From the human T2T-CHM13v2.0 reference genome, Homo sapiens, in the NCBI RefSeq assembly GCF_009914755.1, contig NC_060928.1: a stretch of DNA of 64,000 nt; one strand, 5' to 3'. Position numbers and translations under genes: made by a program. Numbering within the stretch: the first letter of the stretch is position 1; each line of letters begins with the position of its first letter. This document shows positions 38,227 through 52,800 of the stretch, one piece after another. The notes under the pieces are model-generated. The model had not been told where the DNA came from. It did no database searches and was given only the letters and a program-made list of their open reading frames with translations.

Positions 38227-41185
38227 GAATGACTTCAGCCCAGGTGCTGAATTCAATGTCAATTAACAGAAGTAAAAAATCTTGAATTTTTTAAATGAAA
38301 AAATAAAATATATATATATATATTCTGGCAATGAAAAAAAAAAAAGCTAAAGCTTGATCTCTGAGTACTTTTCACATCAATGCACCTTTGTGGTAATATC
38401 CCAAAGACAGACCTGCTCATGGTAGAAAGAGTATAATCCCTTGAATTGTAACTTGTTTGATTGGTAAATAAGGTGTTTGTCTGGACCCAGGTAAATGTCC
38501 AAATATTTCTTGGTACAAGGTATGGATTTAATCTGAAGTGCAGTTTGGGACAGTACCAGAATATCAATAATCTTGGACAAAGTTAGCCATTTTAACCTAG
38601 ATATCAGCTGAGTATCACTGTCAAATGAGGTCTTGCTAAAACTACATCATGTATATTATTCTATTGCCTTTCCATAATTTCATTTGTAACTTCTTGGCTT
38701 GGGTACCAGGATATGTCCATTCTGATAGTTACCTCTTATATAGACAAGGTGTGCTTCTATTATCTTTTTGGCGTGTCTATTACTTTTTTATTCTCTGATC
38801 AACACTGTCCTCCACCTTCTTTGTTTTCTTAAAAAAAAAAAAAGGCTCCCTCTTATTAATGCAGTCATGGCCTACCTCTTCTTCTCACACACTACTACCA
38901 GGAGTCAAAGATAGAAGATTGATTGGAATGAAAGAAAAGGGAGCAAAATCATGTATCTAAGCCAAATTCATTCTGTTATACCATCATGTTGTTTGAATAT
39001 ACAATTCTTTCTTTTACCTTATCTTACATGCCTGTCCAGCTCTCAGAAATAAAACCAATGAAACAAGATTCTCCCATTTTTGTATGCAGAGATAGAGTCT
39101 AGTAGTTTCTGTAGGGCCTTTTTTTTTCTTCTATATGTTACCTAGTAACTTTATTGTTTCTCTTATATCCATGTTGAATCCATTGCTGCTTTTAATAGAC
39201 AATCAAAGTAAAGAATGAGTAATAAGGGAAGAGTGACAATACTCTTTCTTCAGTTTAGTGGTGTAAGAGATTGGTCACATAATCAAGAATTGAATACAAA
39301 GACCATCAGGCGATTAGAACAGAATATGGAAAGAAGAAATCTTTCCTATATTATCAGAAAACTACCAGGTAGAATCAGACAAATGGTGATTTTATTTCTA
39401 GTTATGCCGCAATTTACAACAAAACATTACAAAAATCAAAACCCCAAACACCTTCAAAATCAAAACAAAATCAAAACATAGTATTTTTAAAATTGAATTG
39501 CTGAGTTTGGAGAGGAAGATTCTTCTTTCTTAGTTCACATGTGCCCAAAAGCACCATGATGCAAGGAAGTGAACTGAGGTGGTTGATTTCAATGATGTCC
39601 CTAGGAACAGAGGTGAGGAACTAGGAAGATAAACACAAACCAGTTCAAGGTACATTGTACAAGTAGATTCTCTGTTGATTTCTTATTAAAAATAGCAGCT
39701 GAATGCAATACCCATTTGAAATACAATCTGGAAGATGAATAACATGTCCTAGATGGACCTAAATAAAATGTTTCAACAATAACCTGGGAAAATGCTGCTT
39801 AGGAAAAATGATAAACAAAAAATAATGCACTGATGCCCTTCTGCTGAAATGTAATAAAAAGGGCTCTTGGAAGATGCTAACACAAGGTTCAAACAAAATG
39901 TTTCCAAATTTATAAATTTAGAAATAAAATGAACTTCCAACTTCAATGAACCATACTTGTTGATTAATTTGTATACATATTAGTGGTTTATTTTTACTAG
40001 TTTTCCTTTTAGATGGAACTGAATGCACAGAATCCATTTTGATGTTAGAAAAGCAAGTCTCCAGTGAAACTCTGGTAAGCTTCTTGTCATCCTCTAAAAA
40101 TATTTGTTTTCAAATTTCAAATGTGCTTCTCTCATCTGATAATGATCACTTAAAATTAAATACTCAATGAACAGTGTCTCTCAAATAATTTGCCTTTTAC
40201 ATGTCTCCTGGCCTTTTGAATTATTTGAAAATTAATTTTGAAAATAATAGTTTTTTGTTATTATTTATAGTGCTAATTTGAGCTAGGTGGGTTTTATTTA
40301 TTTTCAGCTTCCATCTTCCACAAATACGTGATAAGAATGGTATACATATATACATTTAAGCAACTGGAAAATGTACTCATGATTTTCTTGTTGATTTAGA
40401 CAAGAAAACAATAAATTGAATGCTTTAAGAAATTATTATGCCTTTTATAAAGATCAGTGCTATTCAGCATATTTTGCATATACTAAATGTGTTAAGTTAC
40501 ACAGTACAGTTAATGATTTTATTCGCCAGTATGGTAATGACTTATTGTCCTTCAAAGCCCCACCTGTCAAGCTCAAACACTAGTATAACAGGTTCAATGT
40601 TTGTCTTTGTTTTAGCTTAATTAATTCAAGCACTGATATTCTTTCTCGATCAAGTATTTTAAGGCAATTTTAAATACATATAGCAAAACAGCATCTGTTT
40701 AATATCCTTATTTGAAACTTTATGCAGAGAGCCACAAAAATCTTCAATCTGCACAAGATATTTTCAGCTATAGTAACATGGGCATGTAGACAGAGGTGCT
40801 CAGCTGCTTACATTTTCACACAAATGTGGGAATGGAAGCCTGAGGCATTGTGAATAGCAGCTCTCCAAACTTCAAAGAATCTGTGAAGGATTCTTGCTCA
40901 GCTCTTGCCATCCTGAATTGGCCTATGCTCAGGGAGCAATTAAAATTAAATAGCCTCTGAACAGCAAAATGTGAAAAGCTCTAGTTCTGAGTATGAACAT
41001 ACTCTATCACAGTAGCCGCGAAGGAGATGAGTTAAGAAAAAACAAAATAACAGAGACAAGATAAGGGACATGACATTTTGTATTCAGTTATAATTTTCTA
41101 GGCAACAGTTAATTGTAAGCATATTTCTTCTTGTTTCCTACTCTTTTTGGAATAAATATGTGTCTGTGATATTTTTATGTGTATG

Positions 41186-41188
<3 letters not shown>

Positions 41189-41216
<28 letters not shown>
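41189..41216. repeat. (GT)14 microsatellite
   Basis: Direct reading. Confidence 0.95.
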
Positions 41217-41613
41217 ATTCCAGCATATACATGTATGTCCTGGAATCTGTGAAGGATATCTTTTCAACATTCACTAGTCTACTATTAAAAGATCAGTATA
41301 TTCTTGGAAAAAATAATCCTTTCAGCGTTTTAAGCAGTTCTTTCCTAACTGTAGTGGGAAACACTGTAAATAAGTTTCATAGAATTAGTCACAAAAGTGT
41401 AAGATGTCAGTTTAAAGTACAATAAATTCTGACATTTCTGAGCTTATAGATATACATTAGCATGCATGATTCACAAGATTTTTAGCTCCCAAATCAACTT
41501 TTAAAAATATTATCCTAAATTATTTTATTTTAATTGTAGTTGGCTTAAACTGAATTGCAGTGACAAGTTAATTTGAAATTTGGAATTAGCTATTCACATT
41601 GAGAACCAAAACT

Positions 41614-41615
<2 letters not shown>

Positions 41616-41647
<32 letters not shown>
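41616..41647. repeat. (AC)16 microsatellite
   Basis: Direct reading. Confidence 0.95.
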
Positions 41648-41649
<2 letters not shown>

Positions 41650-42343
41650 CTTACTATTTACAGTATTTGATCATTTGATCATTAGCAATCTCCACTATCA
41701 TGAGTTTTCTATTCCATGATCTTTTTTTATGTGACTTTACTATTTTAGGGAACTCTTGACCAGAAACATCATGTTTGAAAATAACATTACTGTTAAAGAA
41801 CTCTTGAAAACCCGTTTAAAACTGTTCAATTTTCCAAGATATAGCTTCAAATGATTGTTTACGTTCCAAAATTCTTCAAACATCTTGCCCCCACATTAAC
41901 TATTTCCATCTATCCTAAACTATTGTAATCTTTTTCTAATATCAATCAAGTGCTTGGATTGAAAGACACAATTCAACCAGAAAACCAAATATAAATATCC
42001 GAATCTGACCTTTCTCTTCTAGGTTGCTGCTTAGACTCTGTCAGGGTAGTCTCTCGCCACAGTAAGCAAAAATGCAACTTTTCAATATCAAGAGGTAGAC
42101 ATTGTGGTAGTTTCACGGAACCAGCATTCATCATCCAGATGATTGCTGTACATTCAGATAATTGAAAATCAGAGGCAGTTGGGAGGGTTAAGGGTAGGTG
42201 ACATGCCCCTAGGTCCATGAGACAATAGTTATTCAGCATAAAAAAGAAAAAATGCTGACATGATGCTCAACCCTACAAACATATATGGGATCAAATAACA
42301 GAACGTCCATATACCAATGAAGCATTTATAAGGCACCACCTAC

Positions 42344-42837
42344 TGTTGGGAACAGGCCTCCAAATCTTGCCATAAACTGGCCCCAAAACTGGCCATAAGC
42401 AAAATCGCTGCAGCAGTGTGATATGTTTGTAATGGCCGTGATGCCCACACTGGAAGGTTGTGGGTTTACTGGAATGAGGGCAAGGAACACCTGGCCCACC
42501 CAGGGCGGAAAACCACTTAAAGGCGTTCCTGAACCACAAACAATAGCATGAGAGATCTGTGCCTTAAGGACATGTCCCTGCTGCAGATAACTAGCCAGAG
42601 CCCATCCCTTTGTTTCCCGTAAGGAATACTTTTAGTTAATCTATAATATATAGAAACAATGCTTATCACTGGCTTGCTGTCAATAAATATGTAGGTAAAT
42701 CTCCGTTTGGGGGTCTCGGCTCTGAAGGCTGTGAGTCCCCTGATTTCCCACTCCACACCTCTATATTTCTGTGTGTGTGTCTTTAATTCCTCTAGCGCCA
42801 CTGGGTTGGCATCTCCCCGAATGAGCTGGTCTCAGCA
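42344..42837 (+). mobile_element. MER9 solo LTR of HERV-K(HML-3)
   Basis: tgttgggaacaggcc...ccataaactggccccaaaactggccata...caataaatatg...gagctggtctcagca; TG...CA ends; 6-bp TSD ACCTAC at 42338-42343 and 42838-42843, typical of betaretrovirus-like ERVs. Confidence 0.93.
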
Positions 42838-43769
42838 ACCTACAGTAGCATAACTTAAATTTTCTTTAAGATGTAACCAATTTTATAAGTATTTCATATT
42901 GTATCCAAATATTTCCCTGTATTCCTCTTATCTCAACCCATCCCAACCACACATATACAAATAAAAAGAAAAAAAAAGGAAAAAAAGGAAGAGTGAACTA
43001 CCACTACACCTGACTATCTACATAGGAGAATGTAAAGTATTAAATTAAGAGAGGGTAAAGACGCAAGCTTTGGATCGTACTTTAGCACAAATTTAAAATC
43101 AGAGAACTTCTCTGGGAAACCAAACATTTTTTAATGATGCTGGAAATCACAGATACCAAAAGAAGCCAAAACTCTATGAGTAGGAAAATTATTTTAAGTA
43201 AGAATTACACTATTTATATATATATATAGTGATTATAACTGGCTTCATATGAATTTATTGATTATTATGTGACTTCCATTGTCATGGCAGCATTGCCTTT
43301 ATTGAATATTCTCTCTATATCCCCCCGTCTTGTTTCATTTTCCCCATCCCTTAGTTCTCTGGAGAAAGAAAAGAAGCTGTTTGATGCCCCTGGAATGAAC
43401 CCAGGAAAATTCAATGAGTTTGTGTAAATTCTTAGTAAAATATCTGGCACATAGTAATCATTCACAAAATATATTTAAATATATTGAATATACATTTTTG
43501 TATTATCATTGCTCATATAATTTTATAATTTTTCATTCATACTTTTTCTAAATTGTGATTTTATCATATTTATAGTTAATGAAAGGTTATTTGGAGACTA
43601 CTTGTACTTATATATTTCTGTCATATTCATCTTGAGATGTGGTATATTTTTCACTTTAGTAAATGTTGCATAATTATGTTAAAAAATCATACTCCGCAAA
43701 CTTGACCCTCTTTTTTCAAAAAGTCTTACATTGTATGCTGTTTTTAACAACTTGTTTGGCAATTATAAG

Positions 43770-43995
43770 CTCTGAATTCAGAACTTGAATCTGTCAATTG
43801 CTAACTGTCTCACTTTGAGTTTTTAACATCGTTGCTTCTCAGCCTTTTAGCTAGGATTGAGTGAATTCTTAACATCCCTGTTGCTCAAGTCTTATGTGGA
43901 AAATAGGGGATGGGGGAAACACCTCATAAAATGTTGTAAAATTCAATAATATAATTCATTCAAAGTTTTAAATCATATAACTTCTCAATAAAATT
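43770..43995 (+). mobile_element. MIR SINE, diverged
   Basis: gctctgaattcagaacttgaatc...ttaacatccctgttgctca...aaaatagggga...tcaataaa. Confidence 0.5.
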
Positions 43996-44100
43996 CATCA
44001 ATATGCTTACATTATTCTCCTCATATATACACTCAAAAACCAAGAAAAACTATAATAACCCTTTGAAAGGTATTGTGTGGTTAATAAAGCCACTTATTAA

Positions 44101-44152
44101 CTTTTGCCATTAAAAGTAATGGCTAAAGTCATAATTTTTTGCACCAACCTAA
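44101..44152. mobile_element. Partial MADE1 (Hsmar1-derived MITE), one TIR lost
   Basis: ttttgccattaaaagtaatggc...ttttgcaccaacctaa followed by the TA target site. Confidence 0.85.
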
Positions 44153-44859
44153 TATTTTGGAATAAAATATTTTTAAAATTTTATTAATAATTATATTTTG
44201 GCAAACTTTCTGAAACTCTACCTATGTGAATCCTCTGCTAAGCAGTCCCCATTTGCTATAGCTGCCAAGTAGTTTGGTAGTTCAGCCATGATCCCTTATT
44301 TTAAAATTGTCATTTTCTTACTCTGACCATTGCTGCACTACTTTTATGTGTGTAATATGATCAGTGAAGATTCTCAATGTTACTAAGAACCTACTTACAA
44401 TTCAACTTGAATTCATACTTCATAAATTTAGTAGGTAGTCACTGTACGTGGAAAGGCCTATAAAATGGTTTCATTCATTTGTTACGGAAATGATCTCCAG
44501 AGTTAAACGAAAAAGAATTAAAATACACACACACACACACATAAAATTAGAGCTCTTGAAATTCTCATAGGGCAGATAGATGCAGGCAAACATGAATAAT
44601 GCAAAGATACCATCTCCAGAGCGAAATGAGCATCAAAAGATGTGAAGTCAGTTACCCCTAAGGAACAATGAAACTGCAGGTAGGCTAAAATATTTAAATT
44701 AAATCACGTACTAATATGCAGTGTACTCCCTGAGAGAAATAACTGAAGAGGAATTAGCTCTTTTAGTCCTCCAAGACACCATTTATTATGTTCCTGACTT
44801 AAAAAGATATTTATAGGATCATATATATGTATACACATATGCATGCACATGAGTATGAA

Positions 44860-45062
44860 TGTTTTAGTTTTATATTGCTGCTATAAAAAACTACCACGAA
44901 TTTAAAGGTTTCCAAAAACGTACCTTTATAATTTTACAGTTTTATAGGCAAGAAGTACAGTAGCATCCTTAATTCCATCTTCAAAGTCTCTTTTGCATGG
45001 CAGGTAACATATTCACACAAGTAACATGAGGTGAAGGCCAAGGAGATAAAATCCTACCTTCC
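44860..45062 (-). mobile_element. Internally deleted MLT1 LTR
   Basis: tgttttagttttatattgctgctataaaaaactaccac... joined to aaagtctcttttgcatggcaggtaacatattcac. Confidence 0.6.
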
Positions 45063-45195
45063 TTGGCAGATGAATCTTGATCTCTTTTATACATAATGAA
45101 AACACCTTTAATTAATTCAACTATAAAATCAATAGTTTAATTAATTTTTGAGTATGTCAGTAGACTTCATAATGTTATATGTAGGTCCATCCAGA

Positions 45196-45203
<8 letters not shown>

Positions 45204-45232
<29 letters not shown>
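45204..45232. repeat. (AC)14 microsatellite
   Basis: Direct reading. Confidence 0.95.
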
Positions 45233-45235
<3 letters not shown>

Positions 45236-45623
45236 CCACCTGATATTGTTAGTGTAAGCCTTTATTTCATAAAACAAATTTTATTATTTTTAAAACAGTG
45301 ATATAAATTCATCAATAAGTAGTTGCAATTAAATCTAATTTTAAAAGCTTTTACAAAACATTCAAATATGTTTTTGAACTTTATTTCTAGTGAAGCATAA
45401 GTATACAATTCAAGAAATATTTTCTTGAATTTCTAGTTTTTAAAATTTATATTCTGATTCTTGGTACCTCTATTTTTGTAGTTGCCCTGTATCAGCACAT
45501 TAAAACAGCAATTTTACTGGAGAAAATAGTGAATATACGGAATCTTGTCTACTAATTCTTCATAAGTACAATTAATTATGTATCCTTATGTCACCACAGG
45601 CAAATTATTCTTTATTTTTCTTT

Positions 45624-45658
45624 AATGCTAGATGATTATTCTTTAATCATCTAGCATT
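45624..45658. repeat. Perfect 15-bp inverted repeat with 5-nt spacer
   Basis: aatgctagatgatta-ttctt-taatcatctagcatt. Confidence 0.95.
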
Positions 45659-46628
45659 GTCTATGTTTTAGATCATGTTTATGATCCTAGAAGCTTGAGC
45701 ACAAAGCCAAGGAAAAAGAGATTTTTAAATAATTTATTTTCCAGTAATTTATCATGTTATTTGTCTCATTTGATTTTACTCGCTTTTATCCTTGAAAGTG
45801 TCTGGTCAAATATATTCTCAAGCTTGTCTACCTTTGCCCTACACTTGAAATATATAGGTCTCTTATACTGTCAGTTATACCTCTGTGTCTTTCAAAATAC
45901 ATAAAGGTCCTTACAGCCTCACATATCTAGAAACACAGTCAATGTCTGTCATTCTTGTTACTCACAGACAATGATATTGCTCAAGGGAGGTGGTAACATT
46001 GTTGCTCCTTGGTTTTTATCTGTCTGGAAGTAAGCAGTTCACAGAGAAGAGTTATGTTGGATTCCATTTGCTTGTCAGCGTTGTCACATCTTTTTCCTCT
46101 GGCTATATATTTTGTGATTGTGTTTTCATCATTTTCTGCTGATTATATTACTGAGAGTGCTTTTCCCAGTGACAATTTCAGTTTGACATTAATTTTAACC
46201 ATGAATCTGAGTTTGGAGGCAGGTTAAAAAAATAGAAAAGAATACTGCCCTTTTAGGTACACAATTTTCTTATGATTAGAAGTTCTATCACATAGTTCAA
46301 AATGACATAAAGTTGTAAAATGTGTGTATTTGAGGTGTTACAAATTTATGCATGCTATTTTCAGTAAGTTATTGTTAGGTTTTATAAACGTATTTCTTCA
46401 ATTCATTTTTGTATTATGCAAGTTACCTTGTGGTCGATTTGTTTTAAGTATTGTTATAGAGTAGAATAAAATTGGGTCGGCTATAAGAGGACAGATTACT
46501 GAATTTGGCATTCCATCCTACTGATAATAATATTAAACACTCAAAATACTGTAGTTCTTAGAACTTCATCAAAACTTAGTGGGAAGATGTCAGGGCCTTT
46601 CAGTTAAGAGCTCCTAAAAGGCAAATAA

Positions 46629-47132
<504 letters not shown>

Positions 47133-48544
47133 TAATTCTAGAGGAATTTAATATAAAAGATGCTTTTATAATTTGCATAAATCTTACAAAATACTATATT
47201 CAAAAATGATAACAAAAGAGTGGCAAATGAGAAAGTCTATTTCATGTGTCAGCAACCACCCGTGATTCTTTCCCAGGCAAAATATTCACATCTTATTCAT
47301 TTATGTACTTACTTATTTACCTTCTTTTCTTCATGCTCCTCTCTTTTTCAAATGTCAGGTGTATTAAACAGCAGGGCTTCACATAGAAAGATTACACCTT
47401 AATGTGATCTTTGCCTCACTACTGGATTTCTTTCCTTAAGTGGTACATTTTATTGGATCTTATGACTTAAAACAATTCCGGTATTATTTCCTGCAATTTT
47501 ATACAAAGAGGCCCACCTGACACCTCAAATTCTGCACTCTATTTCCTTTTAGTTTTATCTAGCAAAGTGGATCATTGTTGTTTGAGTCAATCTATTCCAT
47601 GTAATAACTTGCTAGAAGTAGCGAAGAGCAAACAATGCACAGTAACATTCTGGCTCTTACCAATCACCTCCCTTCGAGATATAGACTCAGTAAGGATGGG
47701 TTTTGCCTTCCGAAGTAACGGAGTCAAAAGGTTTACATCTTCCCAGCCTGTGCCAGTTATTTCCCTGTTGCCTACCTCCCAGCTAATTACCTTGCCACTG
47801 CCAATTGATTTAGATATTACTTTATTCATAGAAATTTTTTCAAATTAAAAATTTATATATTGGTTAGTGTAGCACTAGCAACTACAATAAAGAAAATATT
47901 GGTGGAATTTTATTTATTTCTAATATTTCTAGCCAGTGGTTACTTTTCCTCCATAAGATGATTTGGGGAATCAGAATGCTTACATTTGCCGGCACTTTTG
48001 CCAATGTCAGAGAAGGAGAAAAGAGAACAAGATGAAAGCACACTCACATCTTAAATGCCTTAACATTAATGTGTCCCATTTCACACATCTCACATGTCAT
48101 TGATAATAACTCATCACATGACCCATCCATATGCAAGGGGCTGAGAAATACAGAAAGTGACTCATCAATTACTTTGCAGTAAGATGCTTATCTATGGATA
48201 GAGAAGCAAAATGTTAGTAAATATGTAATTCTTGGGAGATAAATGATGCAGCAGGTGTGAGGGAAGTTTATTTTATGTTGATCAGGGAAGAATTGAGAGA
48301 ATATTACATATGCTATTTGGAAAAAATATATACATTTTGAATGAGAAACTTTGTATTTCTTCCATACAGACAAAAAGTATTTATGCAAGGGAAAACAAAT
48401 TTCATATGGCTGTTAAATGTTTGTGAAGGAATTTTACATATATGAGCTACGATTCTTTTCTATTTATTTCTTATTAATATAAACACATGTTTTACATATG
48501 TAAAAATATTGAAATATCAGCAATCACCTATCAATTTGATCAAA

Positions 48545-49165
48545 TGTAGCAGACAGGATATTTTGGTCCCTATGAATTTTGCCCTTTCTTTTTACCACTG
48601 TAAATGTAACATTTATATAGCAAAATAGGTGTGGTAGACGGGGTTAAAGTTGGTAGTCAGCTGACCTTAAAATAGGGAAATTATCCCAGATTATCCATGT
48701 GGGTCCAATGTAATCACGTGGGCCCTTAAATTCAGAGGAAGAAGACAAAACCATCAGAGAAAGAGAGGTGGCAAAAGAGAGGCATAAGCCAGAAGGCACG
48801 GGAAGGATTTGATTCATCTTCGCTGGCTTTGAAAACAAAAGGGCTAGGAGCCAAGGAATGCAGGTGGGCTTGAGAAGCTGAGAACAACCCCTGGCAGACA
48901 GACAGCAAGAAAACCAGGACCTCAGTTCTGCAACCATATGGAACTGAATTCTGCCAACAACCTGCTTGAGCCTGGAAGGGAATTCTTTCCTAGAGACTCC
49001 AATCAAGAACTCACTTCTTCTGACATTATGATTGTAGTCCAGTGAGACTCATATCAAACTTCTGACTTAAATTAAAAAAACAAAAAACTGTGAGATTATA
49101 GATTTGTGTTAATTTAAGTCCCTAAACTTGTGGCTATTTGTAGGACATTAATAGAAAACTAATAC
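48545..49165 (+). mobile_element. MLT1D/E MaLR solo LTR
   Basis: cagctgaccttaaaatagggaaattatcc, ggagccaaggaatgcaggtgg, ggaactgaattctgccaacaacctg; ends aatagaaaactaatac. Confidence 0.88.
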
Positions 49166-49299
49166 GTTAAACTTCATAATATATTCTGAGACTAAAGTTT
49201 GACCCCATCATTTCCCTGTGTAATAGTCACTGTTCACCCTGCTCTTGCACTACCATGGAGTGAAAGCACTTTTCCGTCTGGTAGGCTGGATATTTCCTT

Positions 49300-49845
49300 A
49301 AAAATATGAATCCAATGCTGTCATTCTCCTGTCCCAGCCTCTCCACTGGCTTTTCTTCATAGTTCTTACCTGAATCCAAAATTCTCTTCTTCATCTATAA
49401 AGCCTTGCATTTTCCACCAATGAACAAGGTAATCCAAACACAATACCAGTTTTCCTGCTTCTCAAGCATGCTGAGCACATTTCCATCTCAAGAAATTTTC
49501 ACATGCTCTTCGTCTTTTCTACACAGTTCTGTCTCAATACTGGTATATTTTCTCTCTCCAAATATTCAGGATTCTGTTCAAATAGCACACATTCAAAGGT
49601 GCCTTTCACATCATTGCCATGAAATAACACCTTTTCCCCATTATTCCACTCCTACTCATCCTGCTTTATTTTTCTTTAGAGTGCTTATCACTCCCTAACA
49701 TTATTTTGTAAGTGTATTTGTTTATTATTTACTTACTGAACTCCATAAGAGCAGAAATTCTATTTATTCCATGTAGCAATGTATCCACAAATCCCAGAAA
49801 AAGTCCTAAAATATAGTGGCGTTCAATAAATATGCAATAAATGAA
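49300..49845 (+). mobile_element. L2 LINE 3' end
   Basis: ctgctttatttttctttagagtgcttatcact...ctccataagagcagaa...gttcaataaatatgcaataaatgaa. Confidence 0.7.
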
Positions 49846-52800
49846 GGCTGGCTTATGAAACTATGATCTGGATGAAGCATTCTGTATCACATTCACCTTA
49901 AAATCCAAATAGTCAATATGGTGAAATATTGATTAGATAGTATGATATTATCCTGCAAGCTGGAAAGCAACAGCAGAACCATTAGATATGCCTTCTGTCA
50001 GATATCTCTTGTTAAATCTTCGATTTATCTGTAAGCCTCCAGATTTATATTTTTCGTCTTTGAGTCATTTTATCTACTCTCACTGTGTTCTTTCTTTGAA
50101 TGATCTCATGTACAACCCATTTGTAGTGGCTTCCCAAAACCACATTTCTTTTCCTGATTTAGATCTTTGTACACAACGTCTCATCATTGTTAACTGTACC
50201 ATAGAAACAACATTGCTTCTTACTTTAGGATAGAAAGTAGCCCAAAGGAAAGTCAAAACTCAATATTCATTTCAACACTTCCTCTACGAACATGACTGCA
50301 TATACATTCTACCTCAGCGACTGCACCAGAATCCATTCAGAATCCCAGTCATAAACTGGTCACCCACCCTTCATTGTTTCATTACATACTCCACCCTACA
50401 CCATCACCCTATCATTTGTTAGTTTTTGTCCAATAAAACTATTCGTGTTCTCTGAACTCTATTTGTTTCCACAACTACTGTTTTATTCCAAACCTTCATC
50501 ATTCACAGGCGTAGCAAGCTGCGAATGGACAACCTGTGTATGGGCCTGAGTTTAATCACTACAGTTCATGAAGTCCTTGTATAATTATTTTAGCACTTAA
50601 ATACAATACAGAAGCATTAGTAAAGCTACATAAATCTTATCCTCCTATAATATTAGAATCTTTTTTAGTATTAACATATACATTGTGGTTGCACACATAT
50701 TACTATTGTTGGATTCGTATTACTATTGGTAGTCATGCTTTGTTTTAAAGATAACTTCGTGCTTATTCTTAATAATGATAGCTTATAATTGGAATTATTT
50801 TTAATACAACCTTTTTTCCTTCAAGCCAACCTACTTCTTATGCAAATATTTTAATGCAACTATAAAATCAAGTTGCAACTGTCTAGTTTCATAGCATTTT
50901 TCCATCACAATGACAACATTTTCAATATACCACAGAAATGTTTATTGCTTTTGAATCATCTACTTCACGCACTCTTTTAATCTATTCTAAATTCGACTCT
51001 TTATAACACAGAATGCAGGCAGCTCTTTCTAACATTTTGGAATTTTTCCAAAATTATTTTAACCTCATCTCTCAATTTTTGTCCTTCCCCTTATAGACTC
51101 CCTGCTCCCAGCAGACTCACTTGACTGATTTTGACTATGTATCACTTGCTCATTCCCACCTGCAACTAATTCAACAAACAGATGGCATTTGTGAGACAGT
51201 GCTAGACACCATTGTGCATGTGAATTTTGCCCACTTGATATTCTTCTGTCTGTTTTAAAATCCAGTTTCTCTTTGAATTTCTCCAAATTTTTTTTTTAAA
51301 TCAAATGTTTCTAACTCTTCACACACTCCTTCTGGGTGCTTCAGGCAACCGTGAGTGTGGTTTTCACCTTGTATATTTGCATTTGTTTGTATTCTGCTTT
51401 GTGAGCATGTGGCGAAAGCTGAAAAGCCCGCAGTCTTTATGGCCAACTACTTCCCATGGTCATCAAAACAAATAATTTGTCCTGTATCTTCCATCCATGA
51501 CCCCTGCACATGGTTCCATATAGTGCACAGTCAGTAAAGGGTAGTTCACTATCTCTTAAAAGGATATTAAAATAGAGTAAATTGTTCAATATGTGTAATA
51601 AATGATGCAGGAAAATAAAGCAGAAACTCAAGAGATGAAAGAAGAATAGATACTTAAAACAGTAAAGAAGATTACATAGAAGAGAGTAGATTGTACAATC
51701 ATGACATATATACCGTTCACAGCCTTAGTTAAATGGGATTATACATGAATTATGAACCCTGCACAATTATTAATCACACAAATTATAGAGAAACTGCTTC
51801 TTATTTATGTAGCTAACAAGTCAGTTTAACTTCAATAAGTGGATACTGATTTCCACCTTCTTAAAAAATAGGGGGGCAATAAGCATTCTATATAGAAAGT
51901 TTTTGATTATTCTCAAATAAATTTTATAACATTTTAAAGTACTTGAAGGTACTTCTGAGCTTAATAAACTTATGTTGTGCCAAAGTCAAACTAAGATATA
52001 CTCAAAATTTAATTTAGAGGCCAATTTAATAACTCAGCGTGTCATCCTTAGTCTTACAGATTTACATCATTATCAAAACCCCATAGGACACTTCATAATT
52101 GAGTAAACAAAATTTAGAAATTATTTAAAACATCTAAGAAGACTTAAAAATCTGTCATATCTAGATCATTTTATCTTTGCTAGTGTTTACATAAACATTG
52201 TTATTTCATGTTTTATTGATAAAGAAGTAGGTATAAAACAAGTTGAGAATCAATTTTTTAAGCCTTCAAATTTACATTGATCTACTGAGAATCATTGCAT
52301 AACATGCAAAAAAATTATTTATTGAAAAACTAAATACAGAAAACTGCCAGTTCCCTAAAATAAGAAATTCACATTTAATTAATTTTTATATTTTATATGT
52401 TTCAAATTCTACATTATATAGAAGGAATGCGATGTTTACTTAAGATTAACACTTGAATATTACATAATTCATAACATCAAAATTAGCATACTAAAAACTA
52501 ACGATGATCATTCTGATCTTATTCCTGACTTCGTTATCCTGGTGGTGGAGCCATAAACCTGTAAGTCATGAAGACCTTTAGTGTTACCATTTCATAACAT
52601 CATCATTTCATTTTAATTATTTTTCCTGCTCTTCTGGCTTTTTTTTTTTCACATTTGGTCTACACTGGAAATTAAACCAGAAATTATAATTAGCAAAATG
52701 GACTTTAGTAAGAGTCTCAAAACAGATTAATTATACCAAACCAAATTATGACATACATCATAGACTGAGTTCCAGCTCCTTTTACACCACTTTCTTCAGA

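Noticed and set aside
41189-41647. (GT)14 and (AC)16 in inverted orientation about 400 bp apart
   Set aside because: CA repeats are common, the intervening sequence is not palindromic, and there is no TSD or element structure.
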